From: an uncultured Actinomycetota bacterium
GTDB lineage: Bacteria; Actinomycetota; Actinomycetes; Mycobacteriales; Mycobacteriaceae
Length of the DNA stretch: 64,000 nt
NCBI GenBank assembly: GCA_963811535.1
Contig: CAWERF010000008.1
Span: 35,703 to 99,702 of the forward strand
Direction: 5' to 3'
Shown: positions 10,243-21,870 of the stretch, one piece after another
How positions within the stretch are numbered: the first letter of the stretch is position 1
Layout: each line of letters begins with the position of its first letter
The notes under the pieces: model-generated
The model's database searches: none
The model's input: only the letters and a program-made list of their open reading frames with translations
What the model was told of the DNA's origin: nothing
Position numbers and translations under genes: made by a program

Positions 10243-10297
10243 CGGCGGGCCGAGGCGAGCCAGAAGCGGCGTCGTCGCCAACGGCTAGGCTTGCGGC

Positions 10298-11692
10298 ATG
10301 GCCCGGCCCGCCGCCGACGTTCACCGCGTGATCAAGGCATACGACCTACGCGGGCTGGTCGGGGAGGAGATCGACGAGCCGTTCGTCGCCGAGGTCGGCG
10401 CCGCGTTCGCGCGGTTGGTGCGCGGCGAGGCGGAGGCCACCAAGCAGGTCGTCGTGGGCCACGACATGCGCGACAGCTCCCCGGGTCTGGCCGCCGCGTT
10501 TGCGTCCGGTGTGACGGGTCAGGGTCTCGACGTCGTGCGCATCGGGCTGGCGTCCACCGACCAGCTGTATTTCGCTTCAGGATTGTTGGACTGCCCCGGC
10601 GCGATGTTCACCGCGAGCCACAACCCCGCCGCGTACAACGGCATCAAGCTGTGTCGCGCCGGCGCCAAGCCCGTCGGCGGCAACACCGGCCTGGCGACGA
10701 TCACCGAGGAGTTGATCGCCGGGGTGCCGCCCTACGACGGGCCCGGGGGCACCATCGCCGACCGCGACGTGCTGGCCGACTACGGCGAATTTTTGCGGTC
10801 GCTGGTCAACTTGTCCGATACGCGACCGCTGCGGGTGGCCGTCGACGCGGGTAACGGGATGGCGGGACACACCACCCCCGCGGTGTTCGCCCCGATTTCG
10901 TCGATCACGGTGGAGCCCTTGTACTTCGAACTCGACGGATCATTTCCCCACCACGAGGCCAACCCCCTGGATCCCGCCAATCTCGTCGACCTGCAAAAGT
11001 TCGTGCGCGACACCGGGGCCGACATAGGGCTGGCCTTCGACGGTGACGCCGACCGCTGTTTCGTCGTCGACGAGATCGGGAATCCGGTGTCGCCGTCGGC
11101 CGTGACAGCGCTGGTGGCGGCGCGGGAGTTGGAGCGCGAGATCGGGGCGACGGTGATCCACAACCTCATCACGTCACGGGCGGTGCCGGAGTTGGTGATC
11201 GAGCGCGGCGGCACTCCGGTCCGGTGCCGCGTCGGGCATTCCTACATCAAGGAATTGATGGCAGAGACCGGTGCGATCTTCGGTGGCGAGCATTCGGCCC
11301 ACTACTACTTCCGTGACTTCTGGGGCGCCGACTCCGGCATGCTGGCCGCACTGCACGTGCTCGCCGCGCTCGGGGAACAGACCCGGCCGCTGTCGGACTT
11401 GATGGCCGACTATCAACGCTACGAGGTGTCCGGTGAGATCAACTTCACCGTCGATGACGCCAAAGCCTGTGTCGAGGCTGTGCTGAAGTCGTTCGGCACC
11501 GGGATCGTGTCCATCGACCATCTCGACGGCGTGACGGTCGACATCGGAGACGGCACGTGGTTCAACCTGCGCACGTCCAACACCGAGCCGCTGCTGCGGC
11601 TCAACGTGGAGGCGCGTAGTAGGGAAGACGTCGACAGGATTGTCGAACAGATTGCGGCGCAAATCGATTCACATGCCGGAGCGGTCACGTGA
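10298..11692 (+). CDS. pmmA: phosphomannomutase
   Basis: 464 aa. Phosphoserine loop FTASHNPAAYNGIK, metal loop FDGDADR, and GGEHSAHYYF. Confidence 0.9.
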   Translation: MARPAADVHRVIKAYDLRGLVGEEIDEPFVAEVGAAFARLVRGEAEATKQVVVGHDMRDSSPGLAAAFASGVTGQGLDVVRIGLASTDQLYFASGLLDCPGAMFTASHNPAAYNGIKLCRAGAKPVGGNTGLATITEELIAGVPPYDGPGGTIADRDVLADYGEFLRSLVNLSDTRPLRVAVDAGNGMAGHTTPAVFAPISSITVEPLYFELDGSFPHHEANPLDPANLVDLQKFVRDTGADIGLAFDGDADRCFVVDEIGNPVSPSAVTALVAARELEREIGATVIHNLITSRAVPELVIERGGTPVRCRVGHSYIKELMAETGAIFGGEHSAHYYFRDFWGADSGMLAALHVLAALGEQTRPLSDLMADYQRYEVSGEINFTVDDAKACVEAVLKSFGTGIVSIDHLDGVTVDIGDGTWFNLRTSNTEPLLRLNVEARSREDVDRIVEQIAAQIDSHAGAVT

Positions 11693-12747
11693 ACGCCACC
11701 CAAGCGGTGATCGACCTCAACGATGTCGAGGGCTTGATCGCCGCCGACCGCGACGGTCTGTTGCGCGCGGCATCGATGGCCGGGGCGCACGTCCGTGCGA
11801 CAGCCGCCGCCGTCAAGGAGGGCGCCCTGGAGTCGGCCGGAGGAACACGGCCCCGGACGGTGATCTGGGTAGCCGGCCGTGGCTCCGCCGCGACGGCAGG
11901 CAACATGCTTGCGGCGACGCTCGGCACCGCCGCCGGCGAGCCGTTCGTGGCGGCCTCGGGTGCGCCGTCGTGGATCGGGCCGCTGGACGTGCTCGTGGTG
12001 GCCGGTGACGACCCCGGCGACCCGGCGCTGGTGGGGGCGGCCGCTACCGCGGTGCGGCGCGGCGCACGCGTGGTGGTCGCGGCGCCGTACGAGGGGCCGC
12101 TGCGCGACGCCACCGCCGGCCGCGCCGCGGTGCTGTCGCCGCGGCTGCCGGTGCATGACGCGTTCGGGCTCTGCCGGTATCTTGCCGCCGGGCTGGCCAC
12201 TGTCGCGGCCGTCGACGACGGAATACATATCGACATCGGTGCGCTGGCCGACGAGTTCGACGCGGAGGCGTTGCGCAGCAGTGCCTCTCGTGAACTGTTC
12301 ACCAACCCGGCCAAGGCGCTGACCGAGCGCATGATCGGGCGGCGGGTGGTGTTGACTGCCGACTCGGCCGCATCGCTGGCGCTGGCTCACCACGGCAGTG
12401 CGACCCTGCTGCGGGTCGCGGGCGAGGCCGCGGCGGCGGCCTGTCTCGCCGATGCCCTTGTCGGGTTGCAGTCGGCGACGGTCGCCGACCCGATCGACGC
12501 GTTGTTCCATGACGAACAGATCGACGGGCCGTTGCCGGAACGATTCCGGGTGCTCGCGCTTACCCTGAACGGTGAGCGGCCGGTCGTCGCAGCGCGGGTG
12601 GCGGGCCACGCCGACGTCGACATCATCGGCGCGGAGGACGTTCCGGACGCGACGTCGGTCGGCGTCGGCGGTGCAGAGCAACAACTGGGGGTGTTGGCGG
12701 TGCGGCTGGAGATGGCAGCGGTTTATCTGCGATTGGTTCGGGGTTAG
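11689..12747 (+). CDS. Rv3256c-like conserved protein (SIS / PGI-PMI-like family, function unclear)
   Basis: 352 aa. Its start overlaps the pmmA stop. It sits between pmmA and manA as in M. tuberculosis. No catalytic motif recognised. Confidence 0.5.
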   Translation: MNATQAVIDLNDVEGLIAADRDGLLRAASMAGAHVRATAAAVKEGALESAGGTRPRTVIWVAGRGSAATAGNMLAATLGTAAGEPFVAASGAPSWIGPLDVLVVAGDDPGDPALVGAAATAVRRGARVVVAAPYEGPLRDATAGRAAVLSPRLPVHDAFGLCRYLAAGLATVAAVDDGIHIDIGALADEFDAEALRSSASRELFTNPAKALTERMIGRRVVLTADSAASLALAHHGSATLLRVAGEAAAAACLADALVGLQSATVADPIDALFHDEQIDGPLPERFRVLALTLNGERPVVAARVAGHADVDIIGAEDVPDATSVGVGGAEQQLGVLAVRLEMAAVYLRLVRG

Positions 12748-12750
12748 CGG

Positions 12751-13977
12751 GTGTATCTGTTACGTGGCGCGGTGCGCACCTATGCGTGGGGGTCCAGGAC
12801 CGCGATCGCCGATTTCACCGGAAGGCCCACGCCCACACCACATCCTGAAGCGGAGCTGTGGTTCGGGGCTCATCCGGGCGACCCGGCCTGGCTGGAGACC
12901 GAGGCGGGAGAGCGGTCGTTGCTCGACGCGGTGATCGCCGATCCGGAGGGCCAGTTGGGCGTCGCCGTGTGTGAGCGGTTCGGCGACAACCTGCCGTTCC
13001 TGGTGAAGGTGCTGGCGGCCGACGAACCGCTGTCGCTGCAGGCCCATCCGAGCGCGCGACAGGCGGCCGAAGGCTTCGAGCGTGAGGAGCGACTCGGTAT
13101 CGGAATCACCTCGCCCACACGCAACTACCGTGACCGCAGCCACAAGCCGGAACTATTGGTCGCGCTGGACCAGTTCGAAGCGCTGGCCGGGTTCCGGGAA
13201 GTTGCTCGCACCGTGGAGCTGATGAAAGCGTTGGCCGTCTCCGACCTCGACCCGTTCGTCCACCTGCTGAGCGGTCAGTCCGATGAGGATGGCCTGAGGG
13301 CACTGTTCACGACGTGGATCACCGCTCCGCAGCCTGACCTCGCTGTGCTCGTGCCCGCTGTGATCGATGGTGCGATCAACTATATCCGTTCCGGTGCAAC
13401 TGAATTCACGGGCGAGGTAAAGGATGTGCTCGAACTGGGCGAGCGCTATCCCGGTGACGCGGGGGTGCTCGCCGCGCTGCTGCTGAACAGGATCAGCCTG
13501 CGGACGGGCGAGGCGATTTTCCTCCCCGCCGGAAATCTGCACACCTACCTGCGCGGCATGGGCGTCGAGGTGATGGCCAACTCCGACAACGTGCTGCGCG
13601 GCGGGCTGACACCCAAACACGTGGACGTGCCGGAGTTGTTGCGGGTGTTGGACTTTCGGCCCGCCGCCGAAGCCTCGCTCCACCCCAAGACCTGGCGCGA
13701 GGGCCCGGAGCTGATATACGGCACACCCACCACCGAGTTCGCGGTGTCCTGCCTGCGCATCGAGGGTGAGCATCTCGGCCACGAGATCGACGCCGCGATC
13801 CGCCACGAAGGGCCGCAGATCCTGCTCTGCGCGGGGGGAGCGGTGCTGGTGCACGCGAAGTCGTCATCGCTGACGTTGCAGCGCGGCCAGGCCGCCTGGG
13901 TGCCCGCCGACGACGGACCGATCCGGTTGCTGGCCGAGCAGCCCTCCGAGCTGTTCTGGGTGAGCGTGGGGCTGTGA
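12751..13977 (+). CDS. manA: mannose-6-phosphate isomerase, class I
   Basis: 408 aa. YAWGS, LSLQAHP, and NSDNVLRGGLTPKHVDV (class I PMI zinc/active-site motifs). Confidence 0.9.
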   Translation: MYLLRGAVRTYAWGSRTAIADFTGRPTPTPHPEAELWFGAHPGDPAWLETEAGERSLLDAVIADPEGQLGVAVCERFGDNLPFLVKVLAADEPLSLQAHPSARQAAEGFEREERLGIGITSPTRNYRDRSHKPELLVALDQFEALAGFREVARTVELMKALAVSDLDPFVHLLSGQSDEDGLRALFTTWITAPQPDLAVLVPAVIDGAINYIRSGATEFTGEVKDVLELGERYPGDAGVLAALLLNRISLRTGEAIFLPAGNLHTYLRGMGVEVMANSDNVLRGGLTPKHVDVPELLRVLDFRPAAEASLHPKTWREGPELIYGTPTTEFAVSCLRIEGEHLGHEIDAAIRHEGPQILLCAGGAVLVHAKSSSLTLQRGQAAWVPADDGPIRLLAEQPSELFWVSVGL

Positions 13978-13980
13978 ACG

Positions 13981-14901
13981 ATGTCCTCAGGCGATAGCAC
14001 CCGGGCCATCCTCGCGGCATTGGCGGCCAATGCCGGCATCGCACTGGCGAAGTTCATCGGCTATCTGATCACCGGAAGCTCGTCGATGCTGGCCGAGTCG
14101 GTGCACTCGGTCGCCGACACGTCCAATCAGGGGCTGCTGCTGTTCGGTCAGCGCGAGGCTCGCAAGGACCCCGATCCGTTGCATCCGTTCGGCTACGGCC
14201 GCAGCCGGTTCTTCTACTCGTTCGTGGTCGCGCTGGTTTTGTTCAGCCTCGGCTCGGTGTTCGCCCTCTACGAGGGCTACCACAAGATCACCCATCCAGA
14301 GCATCTCAGCTCGCCGGTCGTCGCGATCGTGATACTCGTCATCGCAATTGCGTTGGAGGCGTTTAGCTTTCGCACCGCGATGGTGGAGTCGCGGCCGCTG
14401 AAGGGCGCCGCCGGCTGGTGGCAGTTCATCCGCAACTCGCGCAACCCGGAACTGCCGGTGGTGCTGTTGGAGGACACCGGAGCGCTGATCGGCCTGATCC
14501 TGGCGCTGGGCGGCGTCGGACTCACCATGCTGACGGGCAACGCAATCTGGGACGGCATCGGCACTGTGGGCATCGGCGTGCTGCTCGGCGTGATCGCGTT
14601 GATCCTGATGGTCGAGATGCACAGCCTTCTGATCGGCGAGGGTGCGACGGCCGATCAGCTGCGCGCCATCCAGGCGGCGCTGGAGGGCACACCGCATGTC
14701 GACCGCGTGATTCACCTGCGCACGCAGTACCTGGGTCCCGAGGAGATGTTGGTCGGCGCAAAGATCGCGCTGGCACCACAGTGCGATTTGGCAACGGTCG
14801 CAAGGGTCATCGACGAGGCGGAAGCGCGAATGCGTGCCGCGGTGCCGGCCGCGCGGGTGATCTACCTGGAGCCGGATCTCGATCGCGCACTGATGAAGTA
14901 G
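13981..14901 (+). CDS. cation diffusion facilitator family metal efflux transporter
   Basis: 306 aa. Six predicted TM segments, the HSVADTSNQ motif in TM2, and a C-terminal cytoplasmic domain. Confidence 0.85.
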   Translation: MSSGDSTRAILAALAANAGIALAKFIGYLITGSSSMLAESVHSVADTSNQGLLLFGQREARKDPDPLHPFGYGRSRFFYSFVVALVLFSLGSVFALYEGYHKITHPEHLSSPVVAIVILVIAIALEAFSFRTAMVESRPLKGAAGWWQFIRNSRNPELPVVLLEDTGALIGLILALGGVGLTMLTGNAIWDGIGTVGIGVLLGVIALILMVEMHSLLIGEGATADQLRAIQAALEGTPHVDRVIHLRTQYLGPEEMLVGAKIALAPQCDLATVARVIDEAEARMRAAVPAARVIYLEPDLDRALMK

Positions 14902-16280
14902 CCGCCGCGCTGTTGCACGGCCTCGGCTCGCTTCCGACGGCGTTCGGCCGACCAGCACCGCATGTTGTGGCGGACCGTGCGGCCGACGATTCCCGCCGAC
15001 GGGATCATGTACAGGCTGTCCAGCAGGCTGAACCGGCGCAGGAACCACTCGGCGAGCACCGGCTCGGTTTCCGCGGCGCCGAGGAACTGGTCGAACAATT
15101 CGCCCACCCACGGATACCAGCGGGGCATCGGCCCGCTGGCCCGATGCAGGACCAGGTCGCCGATCGCGTTCATGGTCCAGACGGGGAACGTCGTCTTGGC
15201 CGTGGCACGGTTCACCTCGGCCGCCACGTCGGCGCCCGGCGACTGAAGCGCCCGCCGCAGATGACCAGCCTGCAGCGACGTCATCGTCATGCCCTGCCCG
15301 TAGGTCGGGTTGAAACTGGCGACCGCGTCGCCGAATGGCACGATCCCGGCGGGGAACCGGGTCAGCTTGTCGTAGCGACGCCACCTGCTCAGCGGGTACT
15401 TGTGAAACGCCACCTCGCCGATCGGCTCCCCTTGACGGATTGCAGCGGCGTGGTGTGCCGGCAGGACCTTCTCGGCCACCGCGCACATTCCGGGAAAGTC
15501 TTGTGGCGGCTCGACCTTGCCGACGCCGAATGTGGTGAGGCCCCAGGTGCCGTCCTCGTAGTAGAGCATCCCCAGGCCGACGGGCTGCTCGCGAGACGCC
15601 CCTGCCACGACGACTTTCTCCTCCAGCAGGCCGTCCGGAATGCGCAACTGGTGTGTCGCGTACCCGATGCCGACGTCGACGGTGTCCTCCGTCGGGCGGC
15701 CGAATCCCCACTCCGACAACCACACCGGCAGCCTGGTACCGCGGCCCGACGCGTCGACGACGAAATCGGCCGGCACGAATTCGCCGTCGTCGAGCACCAG
15801 CCCGGTCACCCGCGCCTCGTAGCCGTCGTAGCGCGGCGCGTTGACGGTGCCCTGCCTGATCTGCACATTGGGCAGCGCGCAGGTGCGGCGCCGGATCTGC
15901 CACTCCAAGTGGGGCCGGCTCGGCACGTATGTGGTGAAGGTTTCGGCCAACTCGGTCGGCATGCCCAGCACGTGGCCCGCCGCGCCGAAGTGGATGCATC
16001 GGGGCTGGTCCTTCAGGATCGGCACGCCCGCCGCAACCATCTCGTCGAGCAGGCCGGGGAACAATGCACCGAATTCCTGCGCGCCGCGGGCCATCAGGAT
16101 GTGCACGTGGCGTCCCTGCGGGACCGCGGACCGGTTCGCCGGGGTGTCCGGAAGGGTGTCGCGGTCGAACACCGTCACCCGGTCGTAGAAGTCCGACAGC
16201 ACGCGGGCGGCGCACGAGCCCGCGATGCTGGCGCCGATCACGACGGCGTGTTCACGTCGGTTGTCTGTGCGGTCCCCCAT
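14862..16280 (-). CDS. FAD-dependent oxidoreductase/monooxygenase (Rv3254-like)
   Basis: The ORF 14862..16541 was trimmed to the ATG at 16280 (MGDRTDNRREHAVVIGASIAGSCAARVL, a GxGxxG dinucleotide fold). Its 3' end overlaps the convergent CDF gene by 40 nt. Confidence 0.8.
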   Translation of the reverse strand: MGDRTDNRREHAVVIGASIAGSCAARVLSDFYDRVTVFDRDTLPDTPANRSAVPQGRHVHILMARGAQEFGALFPGLLDEMVAAGVPILKDQPRCIHFGAAGHVLGMPTELAETFTTYVPSRPHLEWQIRRRTCALPNVQIRQGTVNAPRYDGYEARVTGLVLDDGEFVPADFVVDASGRGTRLPVWLSEWGFGRPTEDTVDVGIGYATHQLRIPDGLLEEKVVVAGASREQPVGLGMLYYEDGTWGLTTFGVGKVEPPQDFPGMCAVAEKVLPAHHAAAIRQGEPIGEVAFHKYPLSRWRRYDKLTRFPAGIVPFGDAVASFNPTYGQGMTMTSLQAGHLRRALQSPGADVAAEVNRATAKTTFPVWTMNAIGDLVLHRASGPMPRWYPWVGELFDQFLGAAETEPVLAEWFLRRFSLLDSLYMIPSAGIVGRTVRHNMRCWSAERRRKRAEAVQQRGGYFISARSRSGSR

Positions 16281-16326
16281 TCGCAGCACAGTACTTGAGT
16301 ACATTGCCGGGGGAGAGGGGTCGCCT

Positions 16327-17793
16327 ATGGCGAATCGATGGCGCACGAAGTCCGTCGAGCAGTCGATGGAGGACACCGAGGAGCCCGATAGCCGGCTTCG
16401 CAAGGACCTGACCTGGTGGGACTTGACCGTCTTCGGCGTGTCGGTCGTGATCGGCGCGGGCATCTTCACGATCATCGCGTCGACGGCCGGCAACATCACC
16501 GGTCCTGCGATCTCGGTTTCGTTCATCATCGCCGCGGTCACCTGTGGGCTCGCGGCGTTGTGCTATGCCGAATTCGCGTCGACGCTGCCGGTGGCCGGCA
16601 GCGCCTACACGTTCTCCTATGCGACGTTCGGGGAGTTGATCGCATGGGTGATCGGCTGGGACCTGATCCTCGAGTTCGCGGTGGGTGCGGCCGTGGTGGC
16701 CAAGGGCTGGTCGAGCTATCTCGGCACGGTGTTCGGATTCTCCGGCGGCACAGCCAAACTCGGGCCGCTGACCCTGGACTGGGGCGCACTTCTGATCATC
16801 GCGATTCTGACGACGCTGCTGGCGCTCGGCACCAAGCTGTCGTCGAACGTCAGCGCGGTGATCACCGCGATCAAGGTGTCGGTGGTCGTGCTCGTGGTCG
16901 TCGTCGGCGCGTTCTACATCAAGGTCGCCAACTTCTCGCCGTTCGTGCCGCAGGGGCAGCCCAGTGCGTCGCAGGCCGAGCAGTCGGTGTTCTCACTGTT
17001 GACCGGTGCGTCGGGCAGCGACTACGGGTGGTACGGCGTGCTGGCCGGCGCGTCGATCGTGTTCTTCGCGTTCATCGGGTTCGACGTGGTGGCCACGACG
17101 GCCGAGGAGACGAAGAAGCCGCAGCGCGACGTGCCCCGCGGCATCCTGGCCACGCTCGCCATCGTGACCGTCTTGTATGTGGCTGTGTCCGTCGTGCTTT
17201 CGGGCATGGTGCACTACACCGAGCTCAAGGACACGGCCGCCGCCGGGCACGCGAACCTGGCCACCGCGTTCAAGGCCAACGGGGTGATGTGGGCTGCGGA
17301 GGTGATCGCGATCGGTGCGCTGGCCGGGCTCACCACGGTGGTGATCGTGCTGATGCTGGGCCAGACCCGGGTGCTGTTCGCGATGGCACGGGATGGACTG
17401 CTGCCGCGTGGCTTGGCCAAGACCGGGACGCACGGCACTCCGGTGCGGATCACGGTGCTGGTCGGCGTGCTGATCGCGGTGGCGGCGTCGGTGTTCCCGA
17501 TCGGCAAGCTGGAGGAGATGGTCAACGTCGGCACGTTGTTCGCGTTTGTGCTGGTGTCGGCCGGGGTGATCATCCTGCGGCGAACCCGTCCAGATCTGCC
17601 CCGCGGCTTCCGCGTGCCGTGGGTGCCGGTGCTGCCGATCGCGTCGATCATCGCCGGCCTGTGGCTGATGCTGAACCTCACCTTGCTGACGTGGATCCGC
17701 TTCGTCGGTTGGATGCTGATCGGCATCGTCATCTACCTCGCGTACGGCCGGCGCCACTCCATGCTCGCACGCAGGGAGGCTGTCAAGGTGTAG
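16327..17793 (+). CDS. APC-superfamily (cationic) amino acid permease, Rv3253c-like
   Basis: The ORF 16225..17793 was trimmed to the ATG at 16327 (MANRWRTKSVEQS). About 12 TM helices; GAGIF and FIGFD motifs. Confidence 0.9.
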   Translation: MANRWRTKSVEQSMEDTEEPDSRLRKDLTWWDLTVFGVSVVIGAGIFTIIASTAGNITGPAISVSFIIAAVTCGLAALCYAEFASTLPVAGSAYTFSYATFGELIAWVIGWDLILEFAVGAAVVAKGWSSYLGTVFGFSGGTAKLGPLTLDWGALLIIAILTTLLALGTKLSSNVSAVITAIKVSVVVLVVVVGAFYIKVANFSPFVPQGQPSASQAEQSVFSLLTGASGSDYGWYGVLAGASIVFFAFIGFDVVATTAEETKKPQRDVPRGILATLAIVTVLYVAVSVVLSGMVHYTELKDTAAAGHANLATAFKANGVMWAAEVIAIGALAGLTTVVIVLMLGQTRVLFAMARDGLLPRGLAKTGTHGTPVRITVLVGVLIAVAASVFPIGKLEEMVNVGTLFAFVLVSAGVIILRRTRPDLPRGFRVPWVPVLPIASIIAGLWLMLNLTLLTWIRFVGWMLIGIVIYLAYGRRHSMLARREAVKV

Positions 17794-17813
17794 CGCAACT
17801 TTCCGGGCTTTAC

Positions 17814-17882
17814 GACTGGAGCTGCCCGGATTGCGGCGCGGCCAAGGCCGACTTCGAGATGGTGGAGGTTGCCCGTTCGTGA
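17814..17882 (+). pseudogene. rubredoxin (rubB) 3' stub, last 22 codons only
   Basis: The tail of shadow ORF 16416..17882 reads DWSCPDCGAAKADFEMVEVARS*, which is the C-terminal CPxCG knuckle of a rubredoxin. No N-terminal CxxCG half exists upstream. Its stop overlaps the TetR start, as rubB/Rv3249c do in M. tuberculosis. Confidence 0.6.
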
Positions 17883-18523
17883 AGGCTAGTGTCGCGGCTG
17901 TGACAGGTGGGCGATCATCGCCGCGGATCCCGTATGCCGAGGCGTCGCGGGTCCTGCTGCGGGACTCGATCCTCGACGGCATGCGGGAGCTGCTGCTCAC
18001 GCGTGACTGGTCGGCGGTCACACTGGCCGACGTGGCCCGCGCGGCCGGCATAAGCCGCCAGACCATCTACAACGAGTTCGGGTCGCGCCACGGCCTGGCG
18101 CAGGCGTATGCGTTGCGGGCGGCCGACCGGCTCGTCGACGCGGTCGAGGACGCGATCCAAGCCAACGTCGGCGACATCTACGCGGCCTTCGTCGAGGGGT
18201 TCCGGTCCTTTTTCGCCCAGTCCGCGTCCGATCCGCTGGTCATCTCGCTGCTGCACGGAGAGGCCCAGCCGGACCTGCTGCAGATCATCACCACCGACAG
18301 CGCGCCGATCATCACGCATTGTTCGCAGCGCCTGACCGCGTCGTTCGAGCACAGCTGGGTCAAGGTCAGCGACGACGACGCCGGGGTGCTGGCGCGCGCT
18401 ATCGTGCGGTTGGCGATCAGCTATGTGTCGATGCCACCCGAGGCCGACCATGACGTCGCCGCCGACCTGGCCCGGCTGCTGACGCCGTTCGCCGAGCGCT
18501 ACGGCGTGGTCGAGGCCGGGTGA
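17879..18523 (+). CDS. TetR family transcriptional regulator (Rv3249c-like)
   Basis: The ORF 17831..18523 was trimmed to the GTG at 17879. HTH region VTLADVARAAGISRQTIYNEFGSRHGLA. Confidence 0.8.
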   Translation: MKASVAAVTGGRSSPRIPYAEASRVLLRDSILDGMRELLLTRDWSAVTLADVARAAGISRQTIYNEFGSRHGLAQAYALRAADRLVDAVEDAIQANVGDIYAAFVEGFRSFFAQSASDPLVISLLHGEAQPDLLQIITTDSAPIITHCSQRLTASFEHSWVKVSDDDAGVLARAIVRLAISYVSMPPEADHDVAADLARLLTPFAERYGVVEAG

Positions 18524-18584
18524 GTCGTTGGACTAATGTGTATTTAGGCTAAGTATTCGGGGCAGGCTTACGAGAAGGAAAACC

Positions 18585-20054
<1,470 letters not shown>

Positions 20055-20061
20055 CCGCGGA

Positions 20062-20808
20062 TCAGGTCGCGGGCGCCTCGTCCGGTCGCACGGCGCGTCT
20101 GCGGAAACGGGCCCACAACAAAGCCGGGTCCCATTGCGGGCCGCCGCGTGCGCGGGCCATCGGGTAGAAGCACAGCCCGATGAATATCGCCGACAGATGC
20201 CCGATCGCCGTGAAGCCGGGTTTGATCGCCCAGGCACCGACGAATAAGAGGATCAGCCCGGCGAGGTAGACCCATCGCCACGGCCTGGCGATGCGGTACG
20301 CGAGCAGCGCCGTCACGCCGACGAGGAAGTAGCTCACCCCGATATCGCGGGCGTAGACGAGCTTCTGCGGCACGACGTGATGCTGAATCTCGAGGTACAA
20401 CAAGCCCTCGCTGATGTACGTCGCGAAGACGTGACACGTCAGTCCGACCACGACCCAGCGCACGTGGCCGAGCCATCGCTCTGCGGGCGCGAGGAACGCG
20501 GTGAACAGAAACAAGTAGGGCAGCCAGTACCGGCCGTCGATCCACAGCAAGCTGGAGAACAGGACATACAGCGGGTCTGTGGCGAGGTGGTGCAGGTTCG
20601 TGGATCGGTGAACCAGCACCGAGTGCAACTGCCGCCGGGTGAGTTCGTGCTGAAGGATTGTCGTGTACAGCAGCACGACGAGCCACACATAGGTCAGCGG
20701 CGCACTGGCGACGAATCGGCATGCGGTGATCAGCCACATCTTCAGGCGCGCGCCATCGGCTGCCTTTCCCACGGTGTCCACGATCGCACGCTTGAACACG
20801 CGCTCCAA
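20062..20808 (-). CDS. polytopic membrane protein, rhomboid-like fold family (no catalytic Ser/His pair confidently seen)
   Basis: 248 aa with about 6 hydrophobic helices and good GC3 bias. Family assignment is by overall resemblance only. Confidence 0.5.
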   Translation of the reverse strand: MERVFKRAIVDTVGKAADGARLKMWLITACRFVASAPLTYVWLVVLLYTTILQHELTRRQLHSVLVHRSTNLHHLATDPLYVLFSSLLWIDGRYWLPYLFLFTAFLAPAERWLGHVRWVVVGLTCHVFATYISEGLLYLEIQHHVVPQKLVYARDIGVSYFLVGVTALLAYRIARPWRWVYLAGLILLFVGAWAIKPGFTAIGHLSAIFIGLCFYPMARARGGPQWDPALLWARFRRRAVRPDEAPAT

Positions 20809-20857
20809 CCCTCCATTCGCTCGTACCGCTCTACAACTGTTTGAGTATTTTGGGACG

Positions 20858-21865
20858 ATGACACTGCCCGGGATCGGTGCGCTGCCGCTGTCAGGGTTTC
20901 AGCATCCCGGGCTGGCCGTGCTCGCGGTCGTGCCGATCGGGTTGCTGTCGCTGTATCTGGTCGCGCAGATCCGCCAACGTCGCCGCGTGCGTCGGTTCAC
21001 CGAGCCCGACCTTCTCGCCTCGGTGGTTCCTCGTCGGCCGCGCCGTTTGCGGCATCTGCCCATCGGCTTGGCGCTCGTCAGTCTGTCGCTGTTGGTCGTC
21101 GCGCTGGCCGGGCCGACACGTGATGCCCACATACCCCGCAACCGGGCCGTGATCATGCTTGTCATCGATGTGTCGCAGTCCATGCGCGCCACCGACGTTC
21201 GACCGACTCGACTGGACGCGGCGCGACAGGCGGCCGAAGAGTTCACGAAACGACTGACGCCCGGCATCAACCTCGGCCTGGTCTCGTTCGCGGGCACCGC
21301 GAACTTGCTTGTGCCGCCGACCCCGCAGCACGAGGCCACCCTTGCCGCGCTGCAGAATCTCCGCCCGGACAACAGCACAGCGACCGGCGAGGCGATCTTC
21401 ACCGCGCTCGACGCCATCACCACCGCGGGGTCCGTGATGAGTGGCACCGAAACCCCGCCTCCCGCCCGCATCGTGTTGCTTTCCGACGGCGGCGAGAACA
21501 AGCCCGTCAACCCCAACAACCCCCGCGGCGCCTACACCGCGGCGCGTACGGCGAAAGACCATGGCGTGCCGATCTCGACCATCTCGTTCGGTACCAAATC
21601 GGGCTACGTCGAACTGAACGACCAGCGCATCCCCGTACCTGTGGAGACCGACGAGATGATCGAGATCGCGCGGTTGTCCGGCGGCCAAACCTACACGGCG
21701 ACCGACATCGACCAACTCAACCGCAGCTACGCCGAGATCCAACAACAGATCGGCTACCAGACCGTGCAAGCACCGGCCACGGCCGGCTGGCTGCGGCTGG
21801 GGGTTCTGGCCGCCGCCTTCGCCGCGGCGCTGGCCCTGCTGATCAATCGACGCCTTCCGGTATAG
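20858..21865 (+). CDS. BatA-like membrane-anchored von Willebrand factor A domain protein, copy 1
   Basis: The ORF 20726..21865 was trimmed to the ATG at 20858 (MTLPGIGALPLSGF). Two N-terminal TM helices, the MIDAS motif VIDVSQSM, and a C-terminal TM ending LINRRLPV. Confidence 0.8.
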   Translation: MTLPGIGALPLSGFQHPGLAVLAVVPIGLLSLYLVAQIRQRRRVRRFTEPDLLASVVPRRPRRLRHLPIGLALVSLSLLVVALAGPTRDAHIPRNRAVIMLVIDVSQSMRATDVRPTRLDAARQAAEEFTKRLTPGINLGLVSFAGTANLLVPPTPQHEATLAALQNLRPDNSTATGEAIFTALDAITTAGSVMSGTETPPPARIVLLSDGGENKPVNPNNPRGAYTAARTAKDHGVPISTISFGTKSGYVELNDQRIPVPVETDEMIEIARLSGGQTYTATDIDQLNRSYAEIQQQIGYQTVQAPATAGWLRLGVLAAAFAAALALLINRRLPV

Positions 21866-21870
21866 CCGGA

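Noticed and set aside
13987-16215. 742-aa minus-strand ORF, and the 626-aa plus-strand ORF 14418..16298.
   Set aside because: Extremely R/P/G/A-rich with no domains. They are off-frame or antisense shadows of the CDF transporter and FAD-oxidoreductase genes, as expected at about 68% GC.
18524-18584. Looked for an SAH riboswitch upstream of sahH.
   Set aside because: Only 61 nt of spacer with no recognisable conserved pseudoknot-type sequence. This riboswitch class is mainly proteobacterial.
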